Of a DNA stretch of 64,000 bases, positions 21,724 through 32,786 are shown piece after piece. Position 1 is the first letter of the stretch, and the number at the start of each line of letters is the position of its first letter. The notes beneath the pieces were generated by a model that was given only the letters and a program-made list of their open reading frames with translations, was not told the origin of the DNA and ran no database searches. The stretch is from Gammaproteobacteria bacterium (GTDB lineage Bacteria > Pseudomonadota > Gammaproteobacteria > Chromatiales > Chromatiaceae): the NCBI GenBank assembly GCA_038144195.1, contig JAYQNH010000001.1, positions 39,295 to 103,294 of the forward strand, given 5' to 3'. Both the position numbers and the translations under genes were made by a program.

Positions 21724-22611
21724 TCAGTCGATAAAGCGTTTAGTGATCTCGTTGTAGCTATCGATACGACGGTCACGCAAGAAACGGCCAAATACGACGA
21801 ACATCCTCGCTGCGACTCAGAGAGACCTCAGCGGTAAGCACAGTGGCATCAATATCGGCTTTAGCCAACAGTTCGCCTTGTGGGCCGGCAATGAATGAAT
21901 TACCCCAAAACTCGATGCCGGGATCGCCTTCGGTTGGTGAAGCTTCGTAAGCCGACACGGATTACACACCAGAACCGGTAATCCATTAGCAACCGCATGG
22001 CCGCGTTGAACAAGCTGCCATGCGCCTAGTTGGCGTTGTTGTTCATCTTCATTATCGGTGCGGTCCCAACCAATCGCAGTGGGATAGATCAATAGCTCAG
22101 CACCGGCGAGCGCCATCAAGCGAGCGGCTTCTGGATACCATTGGTCCCAACACACGAGCACACCGAGCTTGCCAAGTGAGGTCTGAATCGGAGTAAAGCC
22201 AAGATCACCGGGGGTGAAGTAAAACTTCTCGTAGAAGCCTGGATCGTCAGGGATATGCATCTTGCGGTACTTGCCGGCAATGCTGCCATCGCTATCAATG
22301 ACCACAGCGGTGTTGTGATACAGACCTGCTGCGCGGCGTTCAAACAAAGAGGTGACGATCACCAGCTTGTGTTTTTTCGCCAACTCGGCAAAGAAGTTGG
22401 TGCTTGGGCCGGGGATGGTTTCGGCCAGATCAAACGCGTCGGTGTCTTCGCTTTGGCAGAAGTAATGCGCGTTATGCAGTTCTTGCAGCACGATCAGCTG
22501 AGCGCCATTACCTGCATGCGTGATGATTTGTTCGGCGATGTACGCTTGATTCTTAAGTGCGCCACCTTGGTTAGCGTGTTGAATCAGGGCAACGTTGATC
22601 GAGTGGCTCAT
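21724..22611 (-). CDS. aguB: N-carbamoylputrescine amidase (CN-hydrolase family). Two frame breaks.
   Basis: ORFs 21817..22611 and 21773..21958, plus the tail WPFL/RDRRIDSYNEITKRFID recovered by shifting at about 21778. The catalytic-Cys region is GVLVCWDQWYPE. A second break lies near 21955. Confidence 0.85.
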
Positions 22612-22639
22612 CGTGACAATCTCTAAAAGTGATATCTAA

Positions 22640-23675
22640 TTATAGAGCGAGTTGAGCAGGGTATTGCATGGTTAAACAATGCAGGCTGCCATTTTGCTCG
22701 ATGATGCGTCGACAGTTGATTGGAATGATCTCGCGATCAGTAAACAGATCCTGAAGCACTTTGATGGCTTTTTCATCGGCATCGACACCATATACAGGCA
22801 AGTAAAACAGCGCCATTGATAATTAAAAAGTTCGCGTAACTGGCTGAGAGTCGACGACCGTCTTCGTCATAAAGCTCGCCAGCGGGTGGCAGTGCATGTA
22901 AGCGATAAGGTGCACCGTTGAGACTGGTGAACACCTGCAGTTCTTTCTGCATGGCATGTAATGGCCAGTAGTCTTCATCACTGGGGTCGGCTGTGGTGAA
23001 CACAATGTCATTAGATGAGGTGAAGCGCGCCAAGACATCGATATGCGCATCCGTGTCATCACCGGTCATCTCACCTTCGCTTAGCCAAAGGTAACGGCTA
23101 AAGCCAAAGCGTTTCGTTAACTCCGCTTCCATGGCTTCTTGAGATAAGTCGCCATTGCGATTGGTATTCAAAATGCTCGAAAGGGTCGCAAGCAAGGTGC
23201 CTTGGCCATCGGTTTCGATTGCGCCACCTTCAAGCACCAGAGGCGAGGGTGAATGCGAACCCTTGAGTACCTGTTGATCGATCAAGGCTTGGGTGATTTG
23301 TGTATCGAGCTCAGCGGGATATTTATTACCCCAGCCATTGAAGACAAAGTCGTTAATGATCGGCTGCTCGTTCTCATCGATAGCTGTCAGCGCGCCATGA
23401 TCTCGTGCCCAGGTGTCGTTACAAGGTGCTTGTGCAAAGCGGGTTTTCTTAAGATCGGCACCTGCGTCCGAGAGAAGCTGTTTCACCTGTTCGGCATGTG
23501 TATCGTTATTCACAACGCATAGCAATGTCTCAAAGCGCGTCACTGCAGCACCAATCTGTGCAAACACCGGCAAGGTATCAGCTAGGTTGTCTGCCCAATC
23601 GGTGCCTTCATGTGGCCAGGTGAGTTGAACGGCAGATTGTTCTTCCCATTCAGCCGGTAATCGAGGTGTGCTCAT
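22640..23675 (-). CDS. aguA: Agmatine deiminase. One frame break near the 3' end.
   Basis: The start gives MSTPRLPAEWEEQSAVQLTWPH at 23675. An extra base at about 22789 cuts off the C-terminus. The shifted frame gives LPVYGVDADEKAIKVLQDLF...NGSLHCLTMQYP, which contains the catalytic Cys. Confidence 0.85.
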
Positions 23676-23792
23676 CGAAACATCTCTAGTAAATGATGCG
23701 CGCAGTCTATGGCAAAAAGCCAAGCTCGGGAATGATTCGCCAGGACTTAGGTCAGATAAAACATCTGAGTCTGAATATGATGTAATGCCGCC

Positions 23793-25041
23793 ATGTTTAA
23801 ACCTTTGTCACTGTTTGTTGGTCTGCGCTACACACGTTCGCGCCGTCGCAATCATTTCATCTCCTTTATCTCAGGCTTTTCAGCACTGGGTATTGCGTTA
23901 GGTGTGATTGCGTTGATCACAGTGCTTTCGGTGATGAATGGATTTCATAAAGAAATTCAAACGCGCATTCTTGGGATGGCATCTCATGGTGACATTAAAG
24001 GTTACGAAGGAAATTTAAGCGACTGGCAACTCGCGCTACAGAAAGCTAAAGAGCATCCGCGTGTTTTAGCAGCAGCACCTTATATCGAAGCTCAAGCCAT
24101 GCTGAATAGCGGGGGTGATGTCTCTGGTGCCATGGTGCGTGGTGTCAATCCTAAGCTTGAGAAAGATGTCATCGATGTTGCTGAGCACATGAAGTTTGGC
24201 TCACTCGATGACCTTGCGAAAACCCGTTGGGGCATCATTTTGGGTGCTGAATTGGCGGCTAAATTAGGTGTCAGTATTGGTAGTGAGCTGACCATGGTGG
24301 TGCCACAGATGACGGTTACTATTGCTGGCAGCGTACCGCGCATGAAGGCCTTCACTGTAGTGGGTATCTTTGAAGTCGGCATGAATGAATACGATCGCGG
24401 TGTCGCGCTTGTCCATTTGCCGGATGCCGCCAAGTTACTGCGAATGAAAGACGATGTCTCTGGCGTGCGTATTCGCATTGATGATGTTTGGGATGCGCGT
24501 GAGGTGTCGTTAGAGCTGGCGAACTCATTGCCCGGTCGTTATCGCGTACTTAACTGGACGGACTATCACCGTAACTTTTTTGCGGCGCTGAAGATGGAAA
24601 AGCGCATGATGGGTTTGTTGCTGTTTTTAGTTGTTGTGATTGCAGCGTTTAACATCATCTCAACGTTAGTGATGATGGTGGTGGATAAACAAGCTGATAT
24701 CGCGATCTTAAAAACCTTTGGCGCAAGTCCTGGCTTTATCTTGCGGGTGTTTGTGGTGCAGGGCGCCGCTTTGGGTTTCTTTGGTACCTTGGTGGGAACC
24801 TTCTTGGGCGTGTTGCTTGCTGCAAATGTCGACTCTGCAGTCGCTTGGATTGAGCAAGCCTTTGGTCTGCACTTTATTGACCCTAATGTGTATTACATCA
24901 GTCAGTTGCCTTCGGATGTGCAGTTGCCTGATGTCTTGTTAGTGTCGATCGGTTCTTTCGTGCTTGTCATTATTAATGACGCTTTATCCGGCATGGAAGG
25001 CGTATAAAACTCAACCTGCAGAGGCATTGCGTTATGAGTGA
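23793..25041 (+). CDS. Lipoprotein-release ABC permease, LolC/LolE family (the only copy at this locus). One frame break near the 3' end.
   Basis: ORF 23793..25007 has MacB-like topology (FtsX domain). An extra g at about 24966 is present. The shifted frame gives [25 protein letters not shown], and its stop overlaps the lolD start. Confidence 0.85.
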
Positions 25042-25711
25042 TGTGATTCTGCAAGCCAAAGGGTTATCCAAAAACTTTGCCTTGGGTGAGCAACAGGTTG
25101 ATGTGTTGCGCGATATTAATCTTGAGATTCATCGCGGCGAACATGTGGCGATTGTGGGTAGCTCAGGCTCGGGTAAAAGTACCTTGCTGCATTGTTTAGG
25201 TGGCTTAGATGCGCCAAGTGCAGGCTCGGTATCTTTATTGAATCGTCCGTTTGATGATCTACCCGAGGTACAACGTAGCGCGGTGCGTAATCGCCATCTT
25301 GGTTTCATTTATCAGTTCCATCATTTATTACCTGAGTTCACCGCACTCGAGAATGTCTCGATGCCGCTATTAATTCGTGGTGATTCAGTACAAGCAGCCA
25401 CGGCAAAAGCGATGGCATTGCTCGAGCGTGTGGGCTTATCAGGTCGCACAGCACACAAGCCCTCTGAGCTATCCGGTGGTGAGCGTCAGCGTGTGGCGAT
25501 TGCGCGTGCCTTAGTGCTCAATCCAAGCTGTGTTTTAGCGGATGAACCAACCGGTAATCTGGATAGTGTGACAGCTGAATCCATTACCCAACTGTTACTT
25601 GAGATGAGTCGCGAGATTGGAACCAGCTTTATTATCGTGACCCATGATCAGGGTTTAGCTCAGCGATGTGATCGCACTTTGCAGCTAAAAGATGGTGCGT
25701 TAAGTCTCTAA
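25034..25711 (+). CDS. lolD: Lipoprotein-release ABC ATPase.
   Basis: Intact ORF with Walker [10 protein letters not shown], signature [15 protein letters not shown] and Walker [13 protein letters not shown]. Confidence 0.9.
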   Translation: MSDVILQAKGLSKNFALGEQQVDVLRDINLEIHRGEHVAIVGSSGSGKSTLLHCLGGLDAPSAGSVSLLNRPFDDLPEVQRSAVRNRHLGFIYQFHHLLPEFTALENVSMPLLIRGDSVQAATAKAMALLERVGLSGRTAHKPSELSGGERQRVAIARALVLNPSCVLADEPTGNLDSVTAESITQLLLEMSREIGTSFIIVTHDQGLAQRCDRTLQLKDGALSL

Positions 25712-26223
25712 TCAGCGCCAGCTTCGAGAGCGGTGCTTCTTAACAATATAGTAGCGCCAATACCAGCGAATCGCTAAAGTAGCCAACTACGCCTGAGACA
25801 ACGCCAACAACAAAGCTACCAAAGTAAAGATGTACCAGTTGTTTTCGGCGAGGTGACTAACCATTCCAAGCTGGCTTCAAACTGTGGTGAGTTTTCGGGC
25901 TCACCTAAGATCCATGTTCCAACGAGGTAATTGAAATAAAACATGGGCGGCATGGTGATCGGGTTAGTAACCCAAACCAAGGCAACTGAGATGGGCAAGT
26001 TAATGCCGCGAATGAGTAATGCCGTAATGGTGGCAGCCACCATTTGAACGGGCATCGGAATCATTGCCCAAAAAAGCCCAGATAAAAACGCATTCGCAAC
26101 TGAGCGACGATTCATATGGAAGAGATTTGGATCTTCTAAGAAGCGTGCAAAGATTTTCAGATATTTATTCTGACGTAACTCAGCAGGATCTGGGATATAG
26201 CGTTTAAGCAGCTTCTTCGGCAT
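25712..26223 (-). CDS. DUF2062-family membrane protein. About three frame breaks fall in the last 150 nt.
   Basis: ORF 25816..26223. The C-terminal segments HLAENNWYIFTLVALLLAL, VVGYFS and AIRWYWRYYIVKKHRSRSWR are recovered in alternating frames down to the stop at 25712. Confidence 0.65.
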
Positions 26224-26349
26224 ATCGTGATGGAGAAAAGATTAATTGCACTGCATTTGAGCACGATGCCCCTAAATTGACTAGCCATTAACCGATGAAA
26301 GGTAAGAAAGCCGTAACATAGCAGGTTTCACCTTTAGCTCCCTCGGAGC

Positions 26350-27006
26350 ATGCCGTATCATCGGTCTCAGAATAACGAACTCAGGAAGACGGTTTTGTAC
26401 GAGTTACTTTTAGCGGGCGGCTGGATCATGGCGCCTATCCTGTTGAGCTCCATTTTCGCGATGGCCATTGTGATAGAGCGCCTAACCGTGTTGCGTGATA
26501 ACAAAGTTATCCCGGAAGGTTTGGTGAATAATATTTGGCACCTGCATGCTAAAGGCGAGATCACGCAAAAGAATGTTGCGGCGATTCGTCAAAGCTCTCA
26601 TCTCGGTCGTGTGTTGGCCACAGCCTTAGCGAATCGCACACATGAGCGTGAAGCGATTAAGCAAGCGGTAGAAGAAGAGGGTCGTCAGGTGGTGCATGAG
26701 CTAGAGCGTTACTTCTCAGCGCTAGGCACGATTGCGGCGATAACCCCATTGCTCGGTTTGCTTGGTACCGTGGTTGGCATGATCAAAGTCTTCTCGGCGA
26801 TTACGACTGCCGGAGTTGGCGATCCGTCGGTGCTTGGAGGTGGTAACTCAGAAGCCTTGATTACAACGGCAGCGGGTTTGTGCGTGGCGATACCGGCTTT
26901 AATTTTCCATCGTCACCTCAACGCTAAAGTCGATCGTTATGCGCTGCAAATGGAAGAGCAGGCGGTCAAGCTGGTTGATGTTCTAAAGGGTCAGCGCGAG
27001 CAATAA
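26350..27006 (+). CDS. exbB: MotA/TolQ/ExbB-family proton channel protein.
   Basis: Intact ORF with the conserved C-terminal GLLGTVVGMIKVF...EALITTAAGLCVAIPALI. The true start may lie internally, near 26395. Confidence 0.8.
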   Translation: MPYHRSQNNELRKTVLYELLLAGGWIMAPILLSSIFAMAIVIERLTVLRDNKVIPEGLVNNIWHLHAKGEITQKNVAAIRQSSHLGRVLATALANRTHEREAIKQAVEEEGRQVVHELERYFSALGTIAAITPLLGLLGTVVGMIKVFSAITTAGVGDPSVLGGGNSEALITTAAGLCVAIPALIFHRHLNAKVDRYALQMEEQAVKLVDVLKGQREQ

Positions 27007-27007
27007 C

Positions 27008-27433
27008 ATGCAGCTTCGACCTAAGTCATCTAACGAACCTAAGATAGAGCTCACGCCGCTGATTGATGTGGTGTTTTTGATGCTGATCTTTTTTATGGTC
27101 TCAACCACCTTCGATAAGCAAACTGAGCTGAAGGTTCAGCTACCGAATGTGATGCAGCAAGAAGCGCCGACCGATGCGCCATTGCGTATCGATATTGTGA
27201 TTGATCGCCAAGGCAAGCTGTATGTGAACCAGGAGGAGTTACTGCGCAGTGATGCGCTGACCTTGCGACGTGTGCTTGAAAAGATTGTGGCAGAACAAAC
27301 CGATGTGCCGGTGATGGTCACGGGCGATAAACAAGCACCACTGCAAGCGATGATGACCGTGATGGATGTCACCGCTCAGCTTGGACTGCAAAAGCTGCAT
27401 TTCTCAGCCAATCAGATGGGACAAGCTAAGTGA
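27008..27433 (+). CDS. exbD: ExbD/TolR-family biopolymer transport protein.
   Basis: Intact 141-aa ORF with the N-terminal motif ELTPLIDVVFLMLIFFMVSTTF. Confidence 0.8.
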   Translation: MQLRPKSSNEPKIELTPLIDVVFLMLIFFMVSTTFDKQTELKVQLPNVMQQEAPTDAPLRIDIVIDRQGKLYVNQEELLRSDALTLRRVLEKIVAEQTDVPVMVTGDKQAPLQAMMTVMDVTAQLGLQKLHFSANQMGQAK

Positions 27434-28438
27434 AACTCAATTACCCCGACTTTTGGCAAGATAAGACAGCGATCAGCTATGTCTTGTTGCCATTTACTGG
27501 GTTATTTATTGCGCTGACTGCTTTGCGTCGGTTGATGTATCGCTTGGGCGTGTTTAGCACCTATAAAAGTCAGTTGCCGGTGATTGTGGTGGGCAACATC
27601 ACCGTCGGTGGTTCGGGTAAAACACCTTTTGTTATTTGGTTAGTCGCTCATTTAAAAAAGCTGGGTTATAAGCCTGGCATCGTGTCACGTGGTTATGGTG
27701 GAAGGGCCTCTTCTTGGCCACAACAAGTGCGTGTGGATAGTGACCCTGAAACCGTGGGTGATGAAGCGTTGTTATTAGCGCTGCGATGTCATTGCCCGAT
27801 GGCGGTAGCACCTAAGCGTGCTGATGCGGTGCGTGCGCTAGAGGCTGATGGTCAGGTTGACATCATCATCTCGGATGATGGCTTGCAGCATTATGCGATG
27901 GGTCGTGATATCGAGATCGCGGTTGTCGATGGTGTGCGTCAGCAAGGTAATGGCTTTATGTTGCCAGCAGGTCCCTTGCGCGAGCCGGTGTCGCGCCTCG
28001 ATAGCGTTGATCTGTTGATTACCAGTCAGGCTAAGCTACGTCGCCAACATCACATGGAGATGATGGAGCCTCGGATCTATCCGATAACTGATCCACAATC
28101 TCGCCAGCCACTCAGCGCTTGGGATGGTCAGCAGGTGAGAGCGATTGCCGGTATTGGTGATCCGCAGCGATTCTTTGACATGCTCAGATCACACGGCTTA
28201 TCGGTTATCGACGTGGCATTTCCTGATCATCATCCCTATCAGCCATCCGATTTACAGTTTGATGATGCGATTCCGCTGCTGATGACCGAGAAAGATGCCG
28301 TAAAATGTCATCCATTCGCACCGAGCCCAAACGTGGGTGGTGAGCATCGATGTGGAGCCTGATGAGCCGTTTAAGCATCGATTGAGTCTGCTACTAAATG
28401 ATGTCGCAGCTGAAAAACAAACATCCGAGGAAGATTGA
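27430..28438 (+). CDS. lpxK: Tetraacyldisaccharide 4'-kinase. One frame break near the 3' end.
   Basis: The P-loop is [13 protein letters not shown]. The break is near 28325. The shifted frame gives [24 protein letters not shown] and ends at a TGA that overlaps the next ATG. Confidence 0.85.
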
Positions 28439-28623
28439 TGGATAGTAAATTACTCGACATTCTGGTGTGTCCGAACTGTAAAGGTCCGCTAGTTCATAAC
28501 AAAGACGCCAAAGAGCTGATCTGCAAACCCTGTCGTTTGGCATATCCGATTCGTGATGACATCCCAGTGATGTTGGTTGAAGAAGCTCGTGAGCTGCCAG
28601 CCGATGAAGAGGTGCAAGGCTAA
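28438..28623 (+). CDS. ycaR: Trm112/YcaR-family small zinc-ribbon protein.
   Basis: [14 protein letters not shown]...[20 protein letters not shown]. It sits between lpxK and kdsB, as in E. coli. Confidence 0.75.
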   Translation: MDSKLLDILVCPNCKGPLVHNKDAKELICKPCRLAYPIRDDIPVMLVEEARELPADEEVQG

Positions 28624-29378
28624 TGGCTTACCGTGTGGTCATTCCGGCGCGTTATGCCTCGACGCGATTTCCCGGAAAACCACTGATCGATATTCAAGGC
28701 AAGCCAATGATTTGGCATGTCTATCAACGTGCGCTCGAAAGCCACGCAGATGAAGTTGTTGTCGCAACCGATGACCAACGTATTGCCGATGCGGTGATGG
28801 CCTTTGATGGCTATGTCGTGATGACCCATGAGCACAACAGCGGTACGGATCGCATTGCTGAGGTGTCTAACTCGCTGGGTTGGCCTGATGACACCATTGT
28901 GGTCAATCTGCAGGGCGATGAGCCACTGATACCTCCTGAGCTGCTTGATCAAGTAGCGAACACCTTAGCTGAGCAACCCAAGGCATCTATGTCGACTTTG
29001 GCGGTACCGCTAGATGAGCATCAGGTGTTCGATAGCAATGCGGTGAAAGTAGTGACCGATAAAGATGGTCTTGCGTTGTATTTTAGTCGTGCTGCTATCC
29101 CGTGGCGCCGGGGCGAGTTTGAAAAGGGCGTTGAGAATGCCTTAGGCTTGTATCGCCACTTAGGCTTATATGCCTATCGCGCTGATTTTTTGAAGCGCTA
29201 TGTCACCTGGGATATGGCGCCTATCGAAGCGGCTGAGTCTTTAGAGCAACTGCGTGTGTTGTGGCAAGGCGAGCGCATTGCGGTGTCGATCGCGGATCAA
29301 TCACCACCAACAGGTATTGATACCGAAGAAGACTATCATCGTTTACTTGAGCAGCTAAACGCCGTCTCGGTGGAATAA
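28623..29378 (+). CDS. kdsB: 3-deoxy-manno-octulosonate cytidylyltransferase.
   Basis: Intact 251-aa ORF with VIPARYASTRFPGKPL and NLQGDEPLIPP. Confidence 0.9.
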   Translation: MAYRVVIPARYASTRFPGKPLIDIQGKPMIWHVYQRALESHADEVVVATDDQRIADAVMAFDGYVVMTHEHNSGTDRIAEVSNSLGWPDDTIVVNLQGDEPLIPPELLDQVANTLAEQPKASMSTLAVPLDEHQVFDSNAVKVVTDKDGLALYFSRAAIPWRRGEFEKGVENALGLYRHLGLYAYRADFLKRYVTWDMAPIEAAESLEQLRVLWQGERIAVSIADQSPPTGIDTEEDYHRLLEQLNAVSVE

Positions 29379-29648
29379 CTATTTCACGCGGCCTTGTAGC
29401 AACAGCATCAAGGCATCACTAAACCCGAGATTATCCTCATCAGAGATGGGTAGTGAGACCGTCTCAGGGATACGTCTTTTTACCTCTCCATATTGCGAAC
29501 TCTGTAAAGGATTGGCATCCTCAGGCTTATGACGTTGCAAAACCACTTGGTCGTCGTCGTACAGAATGTCGATCAACACCCAATCGTCAGACAAATAACG
29601 AAAGCGCGTGCCACGCAGTTGTTCGAGCTTTTGATGTAATGGATTCAT
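29379..29648 (-). CDS. Hypothetical protein (about 89 aa).
   Basis: ORF 29379..29720. The internal ATG at 29648 (MNPLHQKLEQL) avoids overlap with the divergent ptp gene. I recognise no motif. Confidence 0.4.
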   Translation of the reverse strand: MNPLHQKLEQLRGTRFRYLSDDWVLIDILYDDDQVVLQRHKPEDANPLQSSQYGEVKRRIPETVSLPISDEDNLGFSDALMLLLQGRVK

Positions 29649-29674
29649 AGATAACGAAGTTAGGTGATAAGCAG

Positions 29675-30151
29675 ATGGTAAAGGTTCTTTTCGTGTGTAT
29701 GGGTAATATTTGTCGTTCACCCACCGCGCATGGCGTTTTCCGTCACCTCGTCGAGCAAAACCAGTTAACCGACCATATCGAGATCGACTCAGCCGGTACG
29801 CATGCCTACCATGTGGGAAATCCCCCCGATTCGCGCTCAGCGACGACCGCGCTAGAGCGGGGGATTGATCTGTCTGATCTACGTGCGCGTCAAGTCACCG
29901 TCGATGATTTTGCAACCTACGATTATGTGATTGCGATGGATCGCGAAAATCACGGCAACCTGATGCGTCTCTGTCCTGAGAACTATCGAGAGCGAATCCA
30001 TATGTTTATGGACTTTGCGCATGATTGGTCAAACGCAGAAGTACCAGACCCTTACTATGGTGGAGCCAGCGGGTTTGATCGTGTTTTCGACATGGTTGAG
30101 TCGGCATCACTGGGATTGCTTGCGCAAATCCAGCGAAAAAATCACATGTAA
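29675..30151 (+). CDS. Low-molecular-weight protein-tyrosine phosphatase.
   Basis: The CX5R(S) loop is VCMGNICRSP and DPYYG provides the Asp loop. The ORF is intact. Confidence 0.85.
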   Translation: MVKVLFVCMGNICRSPTAHGVFRHLVEQNQLTDHIEIDSAGTHAYHVGNPPDSRSATTALERGIDLSDLRARQVTVDDFATYDYVIAMDRENHGNLMRLCPENYRERIHMFMDFAHDWSNAEVPDPYYGGASGFDRVFDMVESASLGLLAQIQRKNHM

Positions 30152-30157
30152 AGACAT

Positions 30158-30186
30158 AAAAAAACCGGGCTTAGCCCGGTTTTCTT
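30158..30186. terminator. Bidirectional terminator between ptp and rne.
   Basis: aaaaaaccgggc tta gcccggtttt is flanked by A- and T-runs. Confidence 0.6.
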
Positions 30187-32465
30187 TTAGTCAGCACTTG
30201 GCGTGCTGGATTCAACTGGTTTGCTCGGTGGCGTTGTGTCACTGGGCTTTTTTGTTTCTACCTGACGAAGCTTAGGTGCTTCTGGCTTTGATTCGGTAGC
30301 TGCAGGTTTTGCCGCTTCTGGCTTTGGCTCAGCTGCTGCCGCTTTAGGCGCTTCAGTAGGTGCAGGCTTGTTAGTTTCTGCTGGCTTGTTATTAGCCTTA
30401 GCTGCAGGTGCTTGCGCTTTTGCTTCAACCGCAGGCTGATTCGCTTGTGGCTTTGTCTCAGATTGAGTATTCGACGGATTGTTTTGTGTGTTGTTATCCG
30501 TGTTGTCACCTGACTTGTTATTACGGCGACGACCACCGCGACGACCGCGACGTGCTTTCTTAGGTTGATCTTCGCCTTTCTGCTCATCTTTTGGGCCATT
30601 CGATTTTGCTTGATTAGGCTTGTTGTCATTGTTGTTGTCGTCGTTGTTCTTTGCGTTACGACCACGACCGCGACCACGGTTGCTACCTTTGTTGCGATTG
30701 TCATTATTGCGGCCACCACGACCACCACGGGTATTTTTACGTTTTGGTTTCTCGTCTTCTATCTCTTCGTCTTTTGACGAGAAGATCGAGCTGAATAAAC
30801 GTTTGATCAAGCCGGTTGGCTCACTCTTGCCTTTGTCTTCTTCGGTAGGCTCTGGGCGAACCGGTGCAGGAGTAGCGGGCGCAATGTTCTTAACGGCCGC
30901 TTGCTCAGGCTTGCGACGAGGCTCAGTGGTTTCGACTGACGCTTCGTTGGTTTCGTAATAGGCGACGGTTTCGTAGCTTAATGAATCATCGTCATCATCT
31001 TGCAAGCGAACACGTTGGATCTCGTATTTTGGTGTTTCGAGATGACGATTCGGGATCATCACCACTTCACAATCTTGACGCTCCTCAATAGCGGCGATCA
31101 TGTCGCGTTTTTCATTGAGCAGATAAGTTGCGATATCGACTGGCAATTGCGCCACGATGCGAGAGGTGCCTTCTTTTAAGGTTTCCTCTTCGATGATGCG
31201 CAAGATCGAAAGGGCTAATGAGTCAACACTGCGAATAAAGCCATGGCCATCACAACGTGGGCACACGTGGTGCGATGAGTCGCCCAATGATGGACGCAAA
31301 CGCTGACGTGACATCTCCAGAAGACCGAAGCGAGAGATCTTGCCGATCTGCACACGAGCACGGTCTTCTTTCATTTCTTCTTTGAGACGGTTTTCCACTT
31401 CACGCTGATTACGCGCAGGGCCCATATCAATGAAGTCGATAACGAATAAACCACCTAGGTCACGCAGACGTAGCTGGCGCGCAATTTCGGTTGCCGCTTC
31501 AAGGTTGGTATTGAAGGCGGTTTCTTCGATGTCAGAGCCTTTGGTCGCACGCGACGAGTTGATATCGATAGAGGTCAGCGCTTCGGTGTGGTCGATCACA
31601 ATCGAGCCACCTGAAGGCAGACGTACTTCACGCTGGAAGGCTGATTCGATTTGGATTTCGATCTGGTAGCGCGAGAACAAAGGCACCTTATCGGTGTAAC
31701 GCTTCAACTTGCGCTCGTTGTGCGGCATGACTTGTTTCACAAACTGAACAGCTTGGTTGAAGGTCGATTCATCGTCGATCAGCACTTCGCCGATATCTTG
31801 ACGCATGTGGTCACGAATCGAACGGATGATGACGTTACTTTCTTGGTAAATCAGGAAAGGTGCAGGGCGGTTAGCCGCTGACGATGAGATCGCGGTCCAG
31901 AGTTGGTTCAGGTAATCGAGGTCCCATTGCAGTTCTTCGGTGTTTTTACCGATGCCTGCGGTACGCACGATCAGACCCATGTTCTCAGGCACTTCGAGAT
32001 CAGCCATCGCATCACGCAGCTCGCTGCGATCTTCACCTTCGATGCGGCGAGAAACACCACCAGCACGCGGGTTATTTGGCATCAAAACGAGGTAACGACC
32101 AGCGAGTGACAAGAAGGTGGTGAGGGCTGCGCCTTTATTGCCGCGCTCTTCTTTTTCCACCTGAACGATGATCTCTTGACCCTCTTTCAGTTGGCTTTTG
32201 CCTTGCTTGCCATCTTCGTTTTTTCGTTGGTGAAGTACTCACGCGCGATCTCTTTCATCGGCAAGAAACCGTGACGTTCTGCACCGTAGTCGACAAACGC
32301 AGCTTCAAGCGAGGGCTCGACGCGGGTAATGCGACCTTTATATATGTTGGCTTTCTTGAGTTCTCGACCAGGAACTTCGATGTCGAGGTTGAATAGACGT
32401 TGTCCGTCTACGATAGCGACACGCAACTCTTCAGGCTGAGTGGCGTTGATCAGCATACGCTTCAT
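30187..32465 (-). CDS. rne: Ribonuclease E. One frame break.
   Basis: The N-terminus is [24 protein letters not shown] (ATG at 32465) and the catalytic core includes FVIDFIDM. The C-terminal half is Arg-rich and Asn/Asp/Pro/Ala-rich low complexity. The break is at the T6 run 32219-32224 (A7 expected on the coding strand), giving [30 protein letters not shown]. Confidence 0.9.
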
Positions 32466-32786
32466 GTTGTGTATTCCGTTGTCAGGATCAGTTGATGATT
32501 TAGCGCATTGCATTGCTGCCAGTCGTTCGGCGCAAAGCGTGCTGCTTTTGTCATCAGCTCATCGTGTTGTTTGTTTACCCGCAGTTTTATCAACTGTTGA
32601 TAGAGATTCTGTTCGTCATGGGTGTCTGTGTCGGTTAGCATGTCGGTCTTAAATCAACATGAGTGGCGGTGCGTCAGATGAATTGCCTAGGCACCTTGAC
32701 AATCAGTCACTTACAGGACGATGACCGTCGGAAAATACACTAATTTATCCGCACGCGCATCATTTTTCGCGAACTGAGTGGATTAA
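32466..32786 (-). promoter_or_regulatory. Long rne leader/promoter region, shared with divergent rluC.
   Basis: There are 320 nt without a plausible ORF upstream of rne. E. coli rne has a 5' UTR of comparable length that is used for autoregulation. No structure was verified here. Confidence 0.4.

Noticed and set aside
26350-27433. Whether exbB-exbD belong to a TonB system, the Tol-Pal system, or something novel.
   Set aside because: No tonB, tolA/B or pal lies adjacent, and I recall the exbB-exbD-lpxK-ycaR-kdsB order as conserved in Pseudomonas-like genomes. I therefore treat it as ordinary. The subfamily cannot be resolved from sequence alone.
30258-30958. ORFs 30258..30728 (-), 30565..30777 (+) and 30620..30958 (+), with runs of V, T and R/L/P.
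   Set aside because: They are alternative-frame and antisense readings of the repetitive low-complexity 3' part of rne. The repetitive DNA keeps all frames open.
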